Shown piece by piece: positions 1-8,828 of a stretch of 64,000 nt of DNA (position 1 is its first letter; each line of letters opens with the position of its first letter). Below the pieces are notes generated by a model. The model did not search any database and was not told where the DNA came from. It was given only the letters and a program-made list of their open reading frames with translations. Both the position numbers and the translations under genes were made by a program. The stretch is from Candidatus Shapirobacteria bacterium (GTDB lineage: Bacteria; Patescibacteriota; Microgenomatia; UBA12405): positions 56,357-120,356 of the forward strand of contig JAQWFB010000003.1 in assembly GCA_028704635.1 (NCBI GenBank), in the 5' to 3' direction.

Positions 1-274
1 TCTTTGCTTCCAAAATCCAAGCCCTAATATCGTGTTTGGTAATTTCTCTTTCAGTCTTATCAATTTGTGTGGTTGGAATATTCAATACCGCCTGTCTAAT
101 TTCCGGAGTCAATAGGTCAAAATCTTCCTTAGTAATTTTACCCAATTTAAACATTGCTTCTAAATTAGCAAATTCTACTTCGGCAATAGTTCGATAAAGA
201 TTGTCATAACCAAAAAACTCAACTAACGACTTTGATTGATAACGGGGATTTCCTGGCAACATTAAATTCGCCAT
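1..274 (-). CDS. purB: Adenylosuccinate lyase-like protein, N-terminal part (runs off window)
   Basis: Manual translation MANLMLPGNPRYQSK...EREITKHDIRAW; the T-x-HD motif is typical of the fumarase/ASL superfamily. Confidence 0.6.
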   Translation of the reverse strand, partial: MANLMLPGNPRYQSKSLVEFFGYDNLYRTIAEVEFANLEAMFKLGKITKEDFDLLTPEIRQAVLNIPTTQIDKTEREITKHDIRAWILEAK

Positions 275-392
275 AACTAACACTTTCCTTTCTTTTTGTA
301 TTTTTTAAAGATCCATTATAAAAAAAACGCCAATGCCATTTTTATAAAGTTAGGGGATTATACCGTATTTTTTATTTTCAATAGAATTTTAC

Positions 393-425
393 TTTTCAGT
401 TTATTTTCAGCTTTAGATTTATAAT
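393..425 (+). promoter_or_regulatory. TTCAG-N6-TTCAG direct repeat plus TATAAT -10; putative OmpR-family binding box
   Basis: TTTTCAG at 393 and 404 (11-bp period); TATAAT at 420-425; same layout at 2180 and 5529. Confidence 0.7.
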
Positions 426-431
426 TAAACT

Positions 432-1100
432 ATGAAAATTTTAATCGTTGAAGACGAACACTTAATTGCCAACGCTCTTAAAAAGGGGTTAGAGCAAGAA
501 CATTACACGGCAGATTTAGCTTTTGATGGTGAAAAAGGTTTTGATTTGGCTTCAAGTGGGGATTATGATCTAATTTTATTAGATCTCATGCTCCCCAAAA
601 TGAATGGTTTCGAAGTTTGCAATCAACTTCGCCAACAACAAATACACACTCCTATTCTAATGCTTACCGCCAAAGGTCAAGTTGAAGACAAAATCAAAGG
701 TCTCAACAACGGAGCTGATGATTATCTAACCAAACCTTTTGCTTTTGAAGAGCTTTTAGCTCGTATTCGAGCCCTAACTCGTCGTCCTCAAAAATCCGCC
801 AGTGAAATTATTACCATCGGTGATCTTTCTTTGAATTTATCTACTTACGAAGTCATTCGACAGGGTAAACAAATTAATTTATCTAGTAAAGAATATTCTC
901 TTTTGGAATGTCTTATGCGTCATGCCAATAAAATTTTAAACAAAGATCAATTAATTCAGCACGTCTGGAGTTATGAATCAGATATCCTTCCCAACACTGT
1001 CGAAGTTTACATTAGAAATTTACGTCAAAAAATTGACCAACCCTTCAAAACTAAATTAATCAAAACCATCCGTGGTTTTGGATATAAAATCAGTGAATAA
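432..1100 (+). CDS. OmpR/PhoB-family response regulator
   Basis: Receiver domain (ILIVEDE, DLMLP, GADDYLTKPF) and winged helix (TIRGFGY). Confidence 0.95.
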   Translation: MKILIVEDEHLIANALKKGLEQEHYTADLAFDGEKGFDLASSGDYDLILLDLMLPKMNGFEVCNQLRQQQIHTPILMLTAKGQVEDKIKGLNNGADDYLTKPFAFEELLARIRALTRRPQKSASEIITIGDLSLNLSTYEVIRQGKQINLSSKEYSLLECLMRHANKILNKDQLIQHVWSYESDILPNTVEVYIRNLRQKIDQPFKTKLIKTIRGFGYKISE

Positions 1101-1120
1101 ATTAAATGTTCAAAATAAAT

Positions 1121-1166
1121 CGCCCTGTCAAGGGAGATGTCCCCGCTACGCGGGGACAGAGGGTTT
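1121..1166 (+). repeat. GC-rich two-hairpin palindromic repeat, copy 1 (intergenic)
   Basis: CCCT-GTCA-AGGG, TGTCCCCGC-TAC-GCGGGGACA, tail GAGGGTTT; homologous to copies at 8547, 33318 and 63659. Confidence 0.85.
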
Positions 1167-1177
1167 AATACAAAAAT

Positions 1178-2188
1178 ATGTTTAAACAAGCCCGATTAAA
1201 ACTAACTGGTTGGTATCTTTTAATCATCATGGTTGTTAGTTTTTCCTTTAGTGCTCTTATTTATCAAATCAGTAGCATGGAAATTATCCATTTTGCCGAG
1301 TCCCAACGAAGTCGAATTGAAAGAAAATTCAATTCTTCTTGTCCCGATTCGCCACCGCCACCAATTTTAGTCGACTCTGATCTTATCGTTGAAAGTCAAC
1401 ATCGTCTTCTTGCCAATTTAGGCATCATTAATGGTTTTATTCTTTTAATTTCTGGCTCACTTTCTTATTTTTTGGCTGGTCGCACTCTTCGTCCTATTCA
1501 AAAAATGACCGAAGAACAAAAGCAGTTTATCAGTGACGCTTCTCATGAATTAAGAACCCCCATCACTGCTCTTAAAGCCATGCTTGAAGTTTCTCTTCGC
1601 GACCCTAAATTAGATTTAATTGAATCCAAAAAGGTTCTCACCAATGCTATTTATTCCACTAATCAATTAAAAAATTTATCGGATTCTCTTCTTGAGTTGA
1701 ATCATTTTAATAATAAATCGGCTCTTAATTTAAGCCCAGTTTCAATTAAAAACTTAATGTCTGAATCCATTAAAAAAATTAAACCCAAAGCCGACAAAAA
1801 ACAAATTACCATCAAAGTTAACCCAATCAAAGGCCAGATCAATGTTGATGTTCAAAAAATAGAAGAGCTATTTTTAATTCTTCTCGACAACGCCATTAAA
1901 TATAGTCCCAAATCCAGTCAAATTAAATTCATCGCTCTTAAAACTAGAAAAAATATAATTTTTAAAATCATTGATCAAGGTATTGGTATTTCCCAAAAAG
2001 ATTTGCCTCATATTTTTGATCGTTTTTATCGGGCCGACAATGCTCGCACCAAAAATGGTACTTCTGGTTATGGGCTCGGTCTTTCCATTGCCAAAAAAAT
2101 TATTGAATCACATGGTGGAAAATTGGAAGTTGACAGTAAATTAAATAATGGAACTACTTTTTTCATCTATTTATCGAATTTCAGCTAA
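1178..2188 (+). CDS. Sensor histidine kinase
   Basis: Two TM segments, H-box DASHELRTP, N-box LLDNAIKY, G-boxes DQGIGI and GYGLGL. Confidence 0.95.
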   Translation: MFKQARLKLTGWYLLIIMVVSFSFSALIYQISSMEIIHFAESQRSRIERKFNSSCPDSPPPPILVDSDLIVESQHRLLANLGIINGFILLISGSLSYFLAGRTLRPIQKMTEEQKQFISDASHELRTPITALKAMLEVSLRDPKLDLIESKKVLTNAIYSTNQLKNLSDSLLELNHFNNKSALNLSPVSIKNLMSESIKKIKPKADKKQITIKVNPIKGQINVDVQKIEELFLILLDNAIKYSPKSSQIKFIALKTRKNIIFKIIDQGIGISQKDLPHIFDRFYRADNARTKNGTSGYGLGLSIAKKIIESHGGKLEVDSKLNNGTTFFIYLSNFS

Positions 2189-2211
2189 CCTTCAGTATTA
2201 ACTTTTACACT
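2179..2211 (+). promoter_or_regulatory. TTCAG-N6-TTCAG box plus TACACT -10
   Basis: TTCAG at 2180 and 2191; -10 at 2206-2211; ATG at 2219. Confidence 0.65.
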
Positions 2212-2218
2212 TCCGTTT

Positions 2219-3559
2219 ATGAAATTACCTAAATTTTTGAGAATAATTTTAATCTTTTTAATCATTGGCTTAATTGGTTATTTTGCTTATTCCAAAATAA
2301 CTTCCTCAACTAAAAAAGTAACTTATAAAACTACTCAAGTTACCAAAGGTACTTTAGTCACTTCTATTTCTGCCACTGGCACCATCACTTCTTCTAATAA
2401 ATCTGCCATTACCACCGGTGCTACCGGTACTATTAAAACCGTTTATGTTAAAGACGGCGACACTGTCACTAAAGGTCAAAAAATTGCCGAAGTTACTCTC
2501 GATGATGATGGTACGAGTAACAAAATTACTGCCTGGACTAATTATTTAACCATGCAGCAAAATGAAAAACAGGCTATTGCTGATCAATCGTCTGCTGATA
2601 TTCAAATGTGGACCGATCGTCAAGCCGTTATCGACGCTCAAGAAAAATATAATAGTTCAATTTCTGGCGGTTGGAATCCAACAACTCACGCTGAATATAC
2701 CTACAATGAAAAAGCTGTTGTTGCTAAAACTTTAACTTTGGCCAAACAAAAATTCACCGCTGATGAAACTACTTACAATAATTATTCTGCTTTTGTCACC
2801 AAAGCCAAACAACAAACCACCGAAGCCTACAATAATTATAAAAAAGTTTCATCAACTATTTATGCCGCAGATTCGGGCACAATTAGCAATTTAAGTATTG
2901 CTCCTGGAGTTATTATTTCCAACACTTCCACTTCAATTACTGTTTCCACCGGCACTAAAAGTACTGAAACATCATCAACCGTTACTTCCCACACTGTTGG
3001 CAGTATCACCAATCCCAAAGGCCAATATCAAGCCACTCTCAGTTTAACTGAATCGGATATTGTTAAAATTAAAGCTGGTCAAAAAGTCACTATGACTATG
3101 GACGCTTTTAGTGGAACTACTTTTACTGGTCAAGTTTTATCTGTTGATGTTGCTGGTGCTACCACTTCTGGTGTTACTTCTTATTCTGTTGTTGTCCTTC
3201 TTGATGACACCGACAAACAAATCTATACCAACATGTCTGTCACTGCCACCGTTATCATCAACTCCAAGGCCGACGTTCTTCTAATTCCATCCACCGCTAT
3301 CGACACCGCCACTGATGGGACTACTACCGTTAGAACCATGAAAGATAATATTGTTTCCACTGTTACCATTACCACTGGTGACACTAACGACAGCGAAATC
3401 GAAGTTAAATCGGGCCTCAATGAAGGCGACACTATCATTTCTTCTTCTGTCAGTAATGACACCAAATCAAACAACAACACCACTTCTGCCTTTAGTAGTT
3501 CTAACTCCAATCGAAACAGTAGTAGTTTTGGTGGCATGGGTGGTCCTCCAGGAATGTAA
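2219..3559 (+). CDS. MacA-like periplasmic adaptor (efflux membrane fusion protein)
   Basis: N-terminal TM, lipoyl-like VKDGDTVTKGQ, C-terminal EVKSGLNEGD; precedes ABC ATPase and permease. Confidence 0.85.
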   Translation: MKLPKFLRIILIFLIIGLIGYFAYSKITSSTKKVTYKTTQVTKGTLVTSISATGTITSSNKSAITTGATGTIKTVYVKDGDTVTKGQKIAEVTLDDDGTSNKITAWTNYLTMQQNEKQAIADQSSADIQMWTDRQAVIDAQEKYNSSISGGWNPTTHAEYTYNEKAVVAKTLTLAKQKFTADETTYNNYSAFVTKAKQQTTEAYNNYKKVSSTIYAADSGTISNLSIAPGVIISNTSTSITVSTGTKSTETSSTVTSHTVGSITNPKGQYQATLSLTESDIVKIKAGQKVTMTMDAFSGTTFTGQVLSVDVAGATTSGVTSYSVVVLLDDTDKQIYTNMSVTATVIINSKADVLLIPSTAIDTATDGTTTVRTMKDNIVSTVTITTGDTNDSEIEVKSGLNEGDTIISSSVSNDTKSNNNTTSAFSSSNSNRNSSSFGGMGGPPGM

Positions 3560-3570
3560 TTCAAATAATT

Positions 3571-4311
3571 ATGCCAAAATCAAAAGCCATTATTATTGCC
3601 AAAAATCTTTCCAAAATTTACAAAACTGATGTTTTGGAAACCGTCGCTCTCGACAATGTTTCTTTTCAAATCAACGAAGGGGAGTTTGTCGCCATCATGG
3701 GTCCATCTGGATCAGGTAAATCCACTCTAATGCATATCCTTGGTGCTCTCGATAAACCCACCAGTGGTCGATATATTTTAGATAGCAAAAACGTTGAAAA
3801 TTTATCAGATGATGAATTATCAGAAATCCGTAATAAAAAAATTGGTTTTATTTTTCAGGCCTTCAATCTTTTACCCAGAACCACCACTTTAACTAATGTT
3901 ATGTTGCCTATGGTCTATGCTGGCATTCCCAAAGAAGAAAGACAAAAAATTGCCGAAAAATTCCTTAAAATGGTTGGTCTTAGTGATCGCTTAAACCACA
4001 CTTCAAACCAAATTTCCGGTGGACAACAACAACGCGTTGCCATCGCTCGATCTTTAGTTTTAAATCCAGCCATGATTCTCGCTGACGAACCAACCGGGAA
4101 TATTGCCTCAGCTCAAGCCGATGAAGTTATGTCTATTTTTGAAAAATTAAATGACGAAGGTCACACTATTGTTATGATTACTCACGAACCAGATATTGCC
4201 GAACATGCTAAAAGAATTATTTTTATTAAAGACGGTAAAATTATCAAAGACAGCACCAATCACCAACGTCGAAGAGCAGCCATTAAAAAGGAGGTATTAA
4301 AAAATGATTGA
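3571..4311 (+). CDS. MacB/LolD-type ABC ATP-binding protein
   Basis: [27 protein letters not shown]. Confidence 0.95.
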   Translation: MPKSKAIIIAKNLSKIYKTDVLETVALDNVSFQINEGEFVAIMGPSGSGKSTLMHILGALDKPTSGRYILDSKNVENLSDDELSEIRNKKIGFIFQAFNLLPRTTTLTNVMLPMVYAGIPKEERQKIAEKFLKMVGLSDRLNHTSNQISGGQQQRVAIARSLVLNPAMILADEPTGNIASAQADEVMSIFEKLNDEGHTIVMITHEPDIAEHAKRIIFIKDGKIIKDSTNHQRRRAAIKKEVLKND

Positions 4312-5527
4312 ATTTTGGGAATTAATTAAAGAAAGTGTTAACACTCTTCGGCTCAATAAAATGAGAACTAGTTTAGCTGTTTTGGGAATTGTTATTGGTA
4401 TTGGTAGTGTTATTGCTCTTATTTCCATTGGTCAATCCAGCCAAAAATCTGTCACTTCCCAAATAGAATCTCTGGGTTCTAATTTAATTACCGTTTCTCC
4501 TGGATCTCAATCATCTGGCATGGTTCGAACCTCAACTGCCAGAAAAACTTTAACTTTGGCCGATGCCGAAGCTCTTGAAAAAGCCGGTCTTTCAGCTATA
4601 AATTCTGTTTCACCTGAATCTTCCAGTCGGCTTCAAGTCATCGCCGGCGACAATAACACCAACACTACTATTTATGGCGTCAAATCAACTTACTCTGGTA
4701 TTCATAACCTCAAAATTAATGGTGGCCGATTTATCACCGACAGCGATTACACTTCCCAAAGTCACGTGGCCGTTCTTGGCCCCACTGTTGTTGAAGATCT
4801 TTATGGTAGTTCTAGTTACGATTGCATCGGTGAAATCATTCGCATTAATGGTCAAAACTTTACTATCATTGGTATTACTGTGGCCAAAGGTTCATCTGGT
4901 ATGACCGATTCAGATGACGCCATTTACATTCCTCTTTCCACTGCCATGAAGCAACTTTTTGGTGTCAATTATTTATCTTCTATCGCTATCGAAGCCGCCA
5001 GTAGTGATGTTATGGTTCAAGCCCAAAATCAAATCGGTTATTTTTTATTAGCTCGTCACAAAAAAACGGAAATCGCTAAAGCTGATTTTACTATCAGATC
5101 TTCAGAAGAAATGCTTTCCACTGCCTCCAGCGTCACCGGGACTTTCACTTCACTTTTATCCGGTGTTGCCGCCATTTCTCTCATCGTCGGTGGCATTGGT
5201 ATTATGAATATCATGTTAGTTACTGTCACTGAAAGAACTCGAGAAATCGGTTTAAGAAAAGCTCTTGGTGCCAAAAAGAAAACCATTATCACCCAATTTT
5301 TAACCGAATCAGTTATTCTTACTTTTACCGGCGGAATTTTAGGGATCATTATCGGTGTTGCCACTTCGTATGGTTATTCTCGGATCAATTCTTCTAATTT
5401 CACTATTTCACCATATTCAGTTTTATTAGCCTTCAGTGTTTCTGTTGTCATCGGTATTATTTTTGGTTGGTATCCTGCTAAAAAAGCCGCCAGTCTTCAA
5501 CCAATTGAAGCTCTTCGCTACGAGTAA
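4304..5527 (+). CDS. MacB-type ABC permease
   Basis: GGIGIMNIMLVTVTERTREIG, C-terminal PIEALRYE. Confidence 0.95.
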   Translation: MIEFWELIKESVNTLRLNKMRTSLAVLGIVIGIGSVIALISIGQSSQKSVTSQIESLGSNLITVSPGSQSSGMVRTSTARKTLTLADAEALEKAGLSAINSVSPESSSRLQVIAGDNNTNTTIYGVKSTYSGIHNLKINGGRFITDSDYTSQSHVAVLGPTVVEDLYGSSSYDCIGEIIRINGQNFTIIGITVAKGSSGMTDSDDAIYIPLSTAMKQLFGVNYLSSIAIEAASSDVMVQAQNQIGYFLLARHKKTEIAKADFTIRSSEEMLSTASSVTGTFTSLLSGVAAISLIVGGIGIMNIMLVTVTERTREIGLRKALGAKKKTIITQFLTESVILTFTGGILGIIIGVATSYGYSRINSSNFTISPYSVLLAFSVSVVIGIIFGWYPAKKAASLQPIEALRYE

Positions 5528-5560
5528 TTTCAGCCTTGTTTCAGTTTAGTTTTTTATTAT
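5528..5560 (+). promoter_or_regulatory. TTCAG-N6-TTCAG box plus TATTAT -10
   Basis: TTTCAG at 5528 and 5539; TATTAT at 5555-5560. Confidence 0.6.
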
Positions 5561-5586
5561 CAATCAATTATTTATTATTTAAAATT

Positions 5587-6051
5587 ATGAAAAACATAAA
5601 ACAAATATTTTCCGTTTCCACTATTATTATTTCTCTAGTCACTCTTGTTATCGGCTTTGCCGGTGGTTATATTTATCAAAAAAATAAAACACCTTCTTTT
5701 GCTCGCAATGGTCAATCTCAAATGGCTGGTGGTAATCCTTCTAATCGTAGTGGTAATGGAACTGGTGGTATGCCCAGTCAAAGAATTTCCTCTAAAGAAA
5801 CTGTTGGTGAAATCACCACTGTCGATAACTCTTCTATAACCGTCAAAACCCCCGATGGTGGTTCTAAAATTATTATGATTTCTGATTCCACTACTATTAA
5901 CCAAGCTACTAAAGTTGATAAAACCAATCTTAAAGATGGTTCTCAAGTCTCTATTTCTGGTGATCAAAACACTGACGGCACTGTTACCGGTAAGATTATT
6001 AATATTAATTCCACTACTACTGCTGTCACCACTCCTGTCACTAAAAATTAA
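5587..6051 (+). CDS. Membrane-anchored DUF5666-like OB-fold protein
   Basis: TM helix, Gly-rich linker, GEITTVDNSSITVK...GSKII; ATG 5587 preferred over TTG 5536. Confidence 0.65.
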   Translation: MKNIKQIFSVSTIIISLVTLVIGFAGGYIYQKNKTPSFARNGQSQMAGGNPSNRSGNGTGGMPSQRISSKETVGEITTVDNSSITVKTPDGGSKIIMISDSTTINQATKVDKTNLKDGSQVSISGDQNTDGTVTGKIININSTTTAVTTPVTKN

Positions 6052-6074
6052 ATTTTTATTAATTTTTAATTAAT

Positions 6075-6105
6075 TTAAAACCCTCCCAAATTCGGAGGGT
6101 TTTAA
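6075..6105 (+). terminator. Intrinsic terminator hairpin
   Basis: TTAAAACCCTCC-caaattc-GGAGGGTTTTAA. Confidence 0.8.
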
Positions 6106-6143
6106 CTCGACTGTTAATTTGATAAGATTAAAAACTATTTTCT

Positions 6144-7562
6144 ATGATCAACAAAGCCAAAAATATTATTAAAATGCCCGTTTTTAAGGCACTTTTTACT
6201 CTGGCTATTCCTATTATCATGGCCAATCTTTTTCAGGCCATGTATCAACTTACTGATTCTTTTTGGGTTGGTCGTCTTGGGGGCACTGCTCTCGCCGCTG
6301 TTTCTATTTGTGGTCCGGTCATTTTTTTAACCGTTTCTTTAGGTATTGGTTTTGCTATTGCCGGTTCTACTTTCGTTGCTCAATATTTTGGTGCTAAAAA
6401 CCATAAAATGGTCAGCCATGCCGCCGCCCAAACAATTTTAATGATTATTGCTACATCCATTATTTTTAGTACCTTAGGATTTATTTTTGCTCCACAGATA
6501 CTTCATTTTATGGGAGCTAATACTGAAATTTTCAGTATGGCTTTGGCTTTTTTAAGAATTTCTTTTATTGGTCTTGTTGCTAATTTTTCTTTTTTTATTT
6601 TTCAATCTATTATGAGAGGAATTGGCCGTCCCCAGATTCCCGTCTACATAGTCATTGCCACTGTTTTGTTAAATTTTATCCTTGATCCACTTTTAATTTT
6701 TGGATTTGGTTCAATTCCAGCTTTTGGTCCTGCAGGTGCTGCTGTGGCCACTCTTTTAACCCAAACCATTGCCGCCGTTTCGGGCTTTATTATTCTCTTT
6801 GGTGGGCGCCATGGCATTCATTTAAAAATGAGTGATTTTAGACCAGATTTTAAATTTATTAAAAAAGCTTTTAAAATTGGTTTACCTTCATCAATTGAAC
6901 AATCATCTCGTAATTTAGTCATGGTTTTTATGACGTCTCTTATTGCTGGTTTTGGCACCACCGCTGTTGCCTCTTACGGAGCTGGTTCAAATATTATTCA
7001 AGTCGCTATTTTTATTGCCGTCGGATTATCTGTTGCCAACGGCACTTTAGTTGGTCAAAATATTGGAGCTCAAAATATTAGTCAAGCCATCAAAGCCTCA
7101 AAAATCAGTTCTTTTGTTGCTTTCACTTGTTTATCTTTTTTAGGAATCATTATTTTTATTTTTTCCCGCCAATTCGTTTCTTTCTTCGTTCCCAATGATT
7201 TTGCTGTTATCAAAGAAGCGTCTAATTTTATTAGAACCGTTTCTCTTAGTTTTGGGTTAGTTGCCCTACAGATGTGTTTTAGTAGCGTTTTTAACGCTGC
7301 TGGTCAAACTAAAATCACCATGTTTGTTACCATTTTTTCCCAATGGTGTATTCAAATTCCTTTAGCTTATTTTTTATCACAACACACTAGTCTTGGTATT
7401 CAAGGAATTTGGTTAACTTTTCCTATTACTAATATTTTTACTAGTTTTATCGCTTTTATCTTTTATTCTCGTGGATCTTGGAAAACCACCAGAATTATTG
7501 AAGAAGATAAAACTATTGGTCAAGTGTCTGAAGAGACCACAGTTGAAGAGGGTATTCATTAA
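6144..7562 (+). CDS. MATE family efflux transporter
   Basis: About 12 TM; LAIPII...YQLTDSFWVGRLG; NFILDPLLIFG...GAAVAT. Confidence 0.92.
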   Translation: MINKAKNIIKMPVFKALFTLAIPIIMANLFQAMYQLTDSFWVGRLGGTALAAVSICGPVIFLTVSLGIGFAIAGSTFVAQYFGAKNHKMVSHAAAQTILMIIATSIIFSTLGFIFAPQILHFMGANTEIFSMALAFLRISFIGLVANFSFFIFQSIMRGIGRPQIPVYIVIATVLLNFILDPLLIFGFGSIPAFGPAGAAVATLLTQTIAAVSGFIILFGGRHGIHLKMSDFRPDFKFIKKAFKIGLPSSIEQSSRNLVMVFMTSLIAGFGTTAVASYGAGSNIIQVAIFIAVGLSVANGTLVGQNIGAQNISQAIKASKISSFVAFTCLSFLGIIIFIFSRQFVSFFVPNDFAVIKEASNFIRTVSLSFGLVALQMCFSSVFNAAGQTKITMFVTIFSQWCIQIPLAYFLSQHTSLGIQGIWLTFPITNIFTSFIAFIFYSRGSWKTTRIIEEDKTIGQVSEETTVEEGIH

Positions 7563-7635
7563 ATAAACTTTACATTCACCTAAAATTCATCTAATATTAA
7601 TTTGTTAGTTATTTTACAAAAGGAGGTGTATTTTA

Positions 7636-7836
7636 ATGAACAAAAGCCCTTTATATACCCTTTGTCTTGTTCTTGCCATAATTGGTGGACTTAATTGGGG
7701 ATTAGTTGGTCTTTTTAATTATGATCTTGTCGCCATGATTTTTGGCAATATGTCCTTTTTGTCAAAATTAGTTTACGACCTTGTTGGTTTATCGTCATTT
7801 TATCTTTTAATAGCTCTTTTTTACTCAAAAAAATAA
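7636..7836 (+). CDS. DUF378 family small membrane protein
   Basis: IIGGLNWGLVGLFNYDLV motif; AGGAGG SD. Confidence 0.9.
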   Translation: MNKSPLYTLCLVLAIIGGLNWGLVGLFNYDLVAMIFGNMSFLSKLVYDLVGLSSFYLLIALFYSKK

Positions 7837-7847
7837 AGATATTCTTT

Positions 7848-7874
7848 GGTGACAGAATATTTTCTGTCACCTTT
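7848..7874. terminator. Hairpin between convergent genes
   Basis: GGTGACAGAA-tatt-TTCTGTCACC. Confidence 0.65.
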
Positions 7875-8037
7875 AGTTCACCTTTATTTTTAAATAATCT
7901 TCAATTTCCTTTAATAATTTTTCTGTTGGTTTTCTACAATTACAGTTCTTATTATGTTCTATATGCCATTTTATTCGTTCTTTTTGGGTTGGATTTTTCG
8001 GCATTCTATTTTTCAAATGCCATTCTTTATTAATCAT
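7873..8037 (-). CDS. 54-aa His/Cys-rich small protein (absent from the ORF track)
   Basis: MINKEWHLKNRMPKNPTQKERIKWHIEHNKNCNCRKPTEKLLKEIEDYLKIKVN; ATG overlaps the patatin stop (ATGA). Confidence 0.75.
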   Translation of the reverse strand: MINKEWHLKNRMPKNPTQKERIKWHIEHNKNCNCRKPTEKLLKEIEDYLKIKVN

Positions 8038-8828
8038 AACTGTTCTTTTCTTTCCATTATCATCTTATAACCCAAATCAATCAAATATTGATAATTCTTT
8101 TTTCTAAAATCTAAAACAAAAGCTTTGTTTTCAATAGAATTTAAATAAATTATTTTTTTATTTTTCAAATGTTTTGCCCTTTCTAAGCTATTACTTTGTT
8201 GCATCGCTATAATTGTTGCATGTAAAACATCCACTACTGTACTTTTTTCATTTATTTTTTTAATTGGTTTAGTAATATCCGATATTATTATTTTTCCCGA
8301 TTTTTCAATCAAACTAGTTGGCACATTATTCACCACTCCGCCATCCACCAAAAATTTATCATGATATTTAAGTGGGGGAAACACCCCGGGAATCGATATC
8401 GACGCCATCACCCCTGGAAAAATTTTTCCTTTTTCAAAAATTATCTCTTCATTATTATTTATATCTGTAGCATTAAATCTCATCTTAATTTTCAAATCAT
8501 CAAAATGATCAGCCTTAATATAATTTTTCAAAAACTTTTCCAAGATAGCCTCCCTGTCAAGGGAGGTGCCCGCAGGGCGGAGGGTTTTATCAAAAATTAT
8601 AGACTGAATTAGTTTAGAAAAATTCAACTCACTCGCTTCCTTTTCAAAATCAATTTTCGGATTAGCCGCATACATCAATCCCACTATTGCTCCAATCGAT
8701 GTCCCACTAATTTCATTTATTTTTATTCCCATTTCCTGGAGTCCTTTTATTACTCCCATATGAAAGAAACCTCTTGCACCACCGCCTCCAAGAACCAATC
8801 CAATTTTATTTTTATTAAACATAATCAT
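8034..8828 (-). CDS. Patatin-like phospholipase (RssA-like) with in-frame repeat insertion
   Basis: GGGGARG, GTSIG, DGG motifs; KTLRPAGTSLDREA encoded by the repeat. Confidence 0.92.
   Translation of the reverse strand: MIMFNKNKIGLVLGGGGARGFFHMGVIKGLQEMGIKINEISGTSIGAIVGLMYAANPKIDFEKEASELNFSKLIQSIIFDKTLRPAGTSLDREAILEKFLKNYIKADHFDDLKIKMRFNATDINNNEEIIFEKGKIFPGVMASISIPGVFPPLKYHDKFLVDGGVVNNVPTSLIEKSGKIIISDITKPIKKINEKSTVVDVLHATIIAMQQSNSLERAKHLKNKKIIYLNSIENKAFVLDFRKKNYQYLIDLGYKMIMERKEQL
8547..8588 (+). repeat. Palindromic repeat copy 2, 42 nt, in frame inside the patatin gene
   Basis: AGCCTCCCTGTCAAGGGAGGTGCCCGCAGGGCGGAGGGTTTT = 14 codons on the minus strand. Confidence 0.9.

Noticed and set aside
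1106-1168. 20-codon ORF MFKINRPVKGDVPATRGQRV spanning repeat copy 1
   Set aside because: It shares MFK with the kinase start and is probably an insertion by-product; there is no evidence it is a gene.
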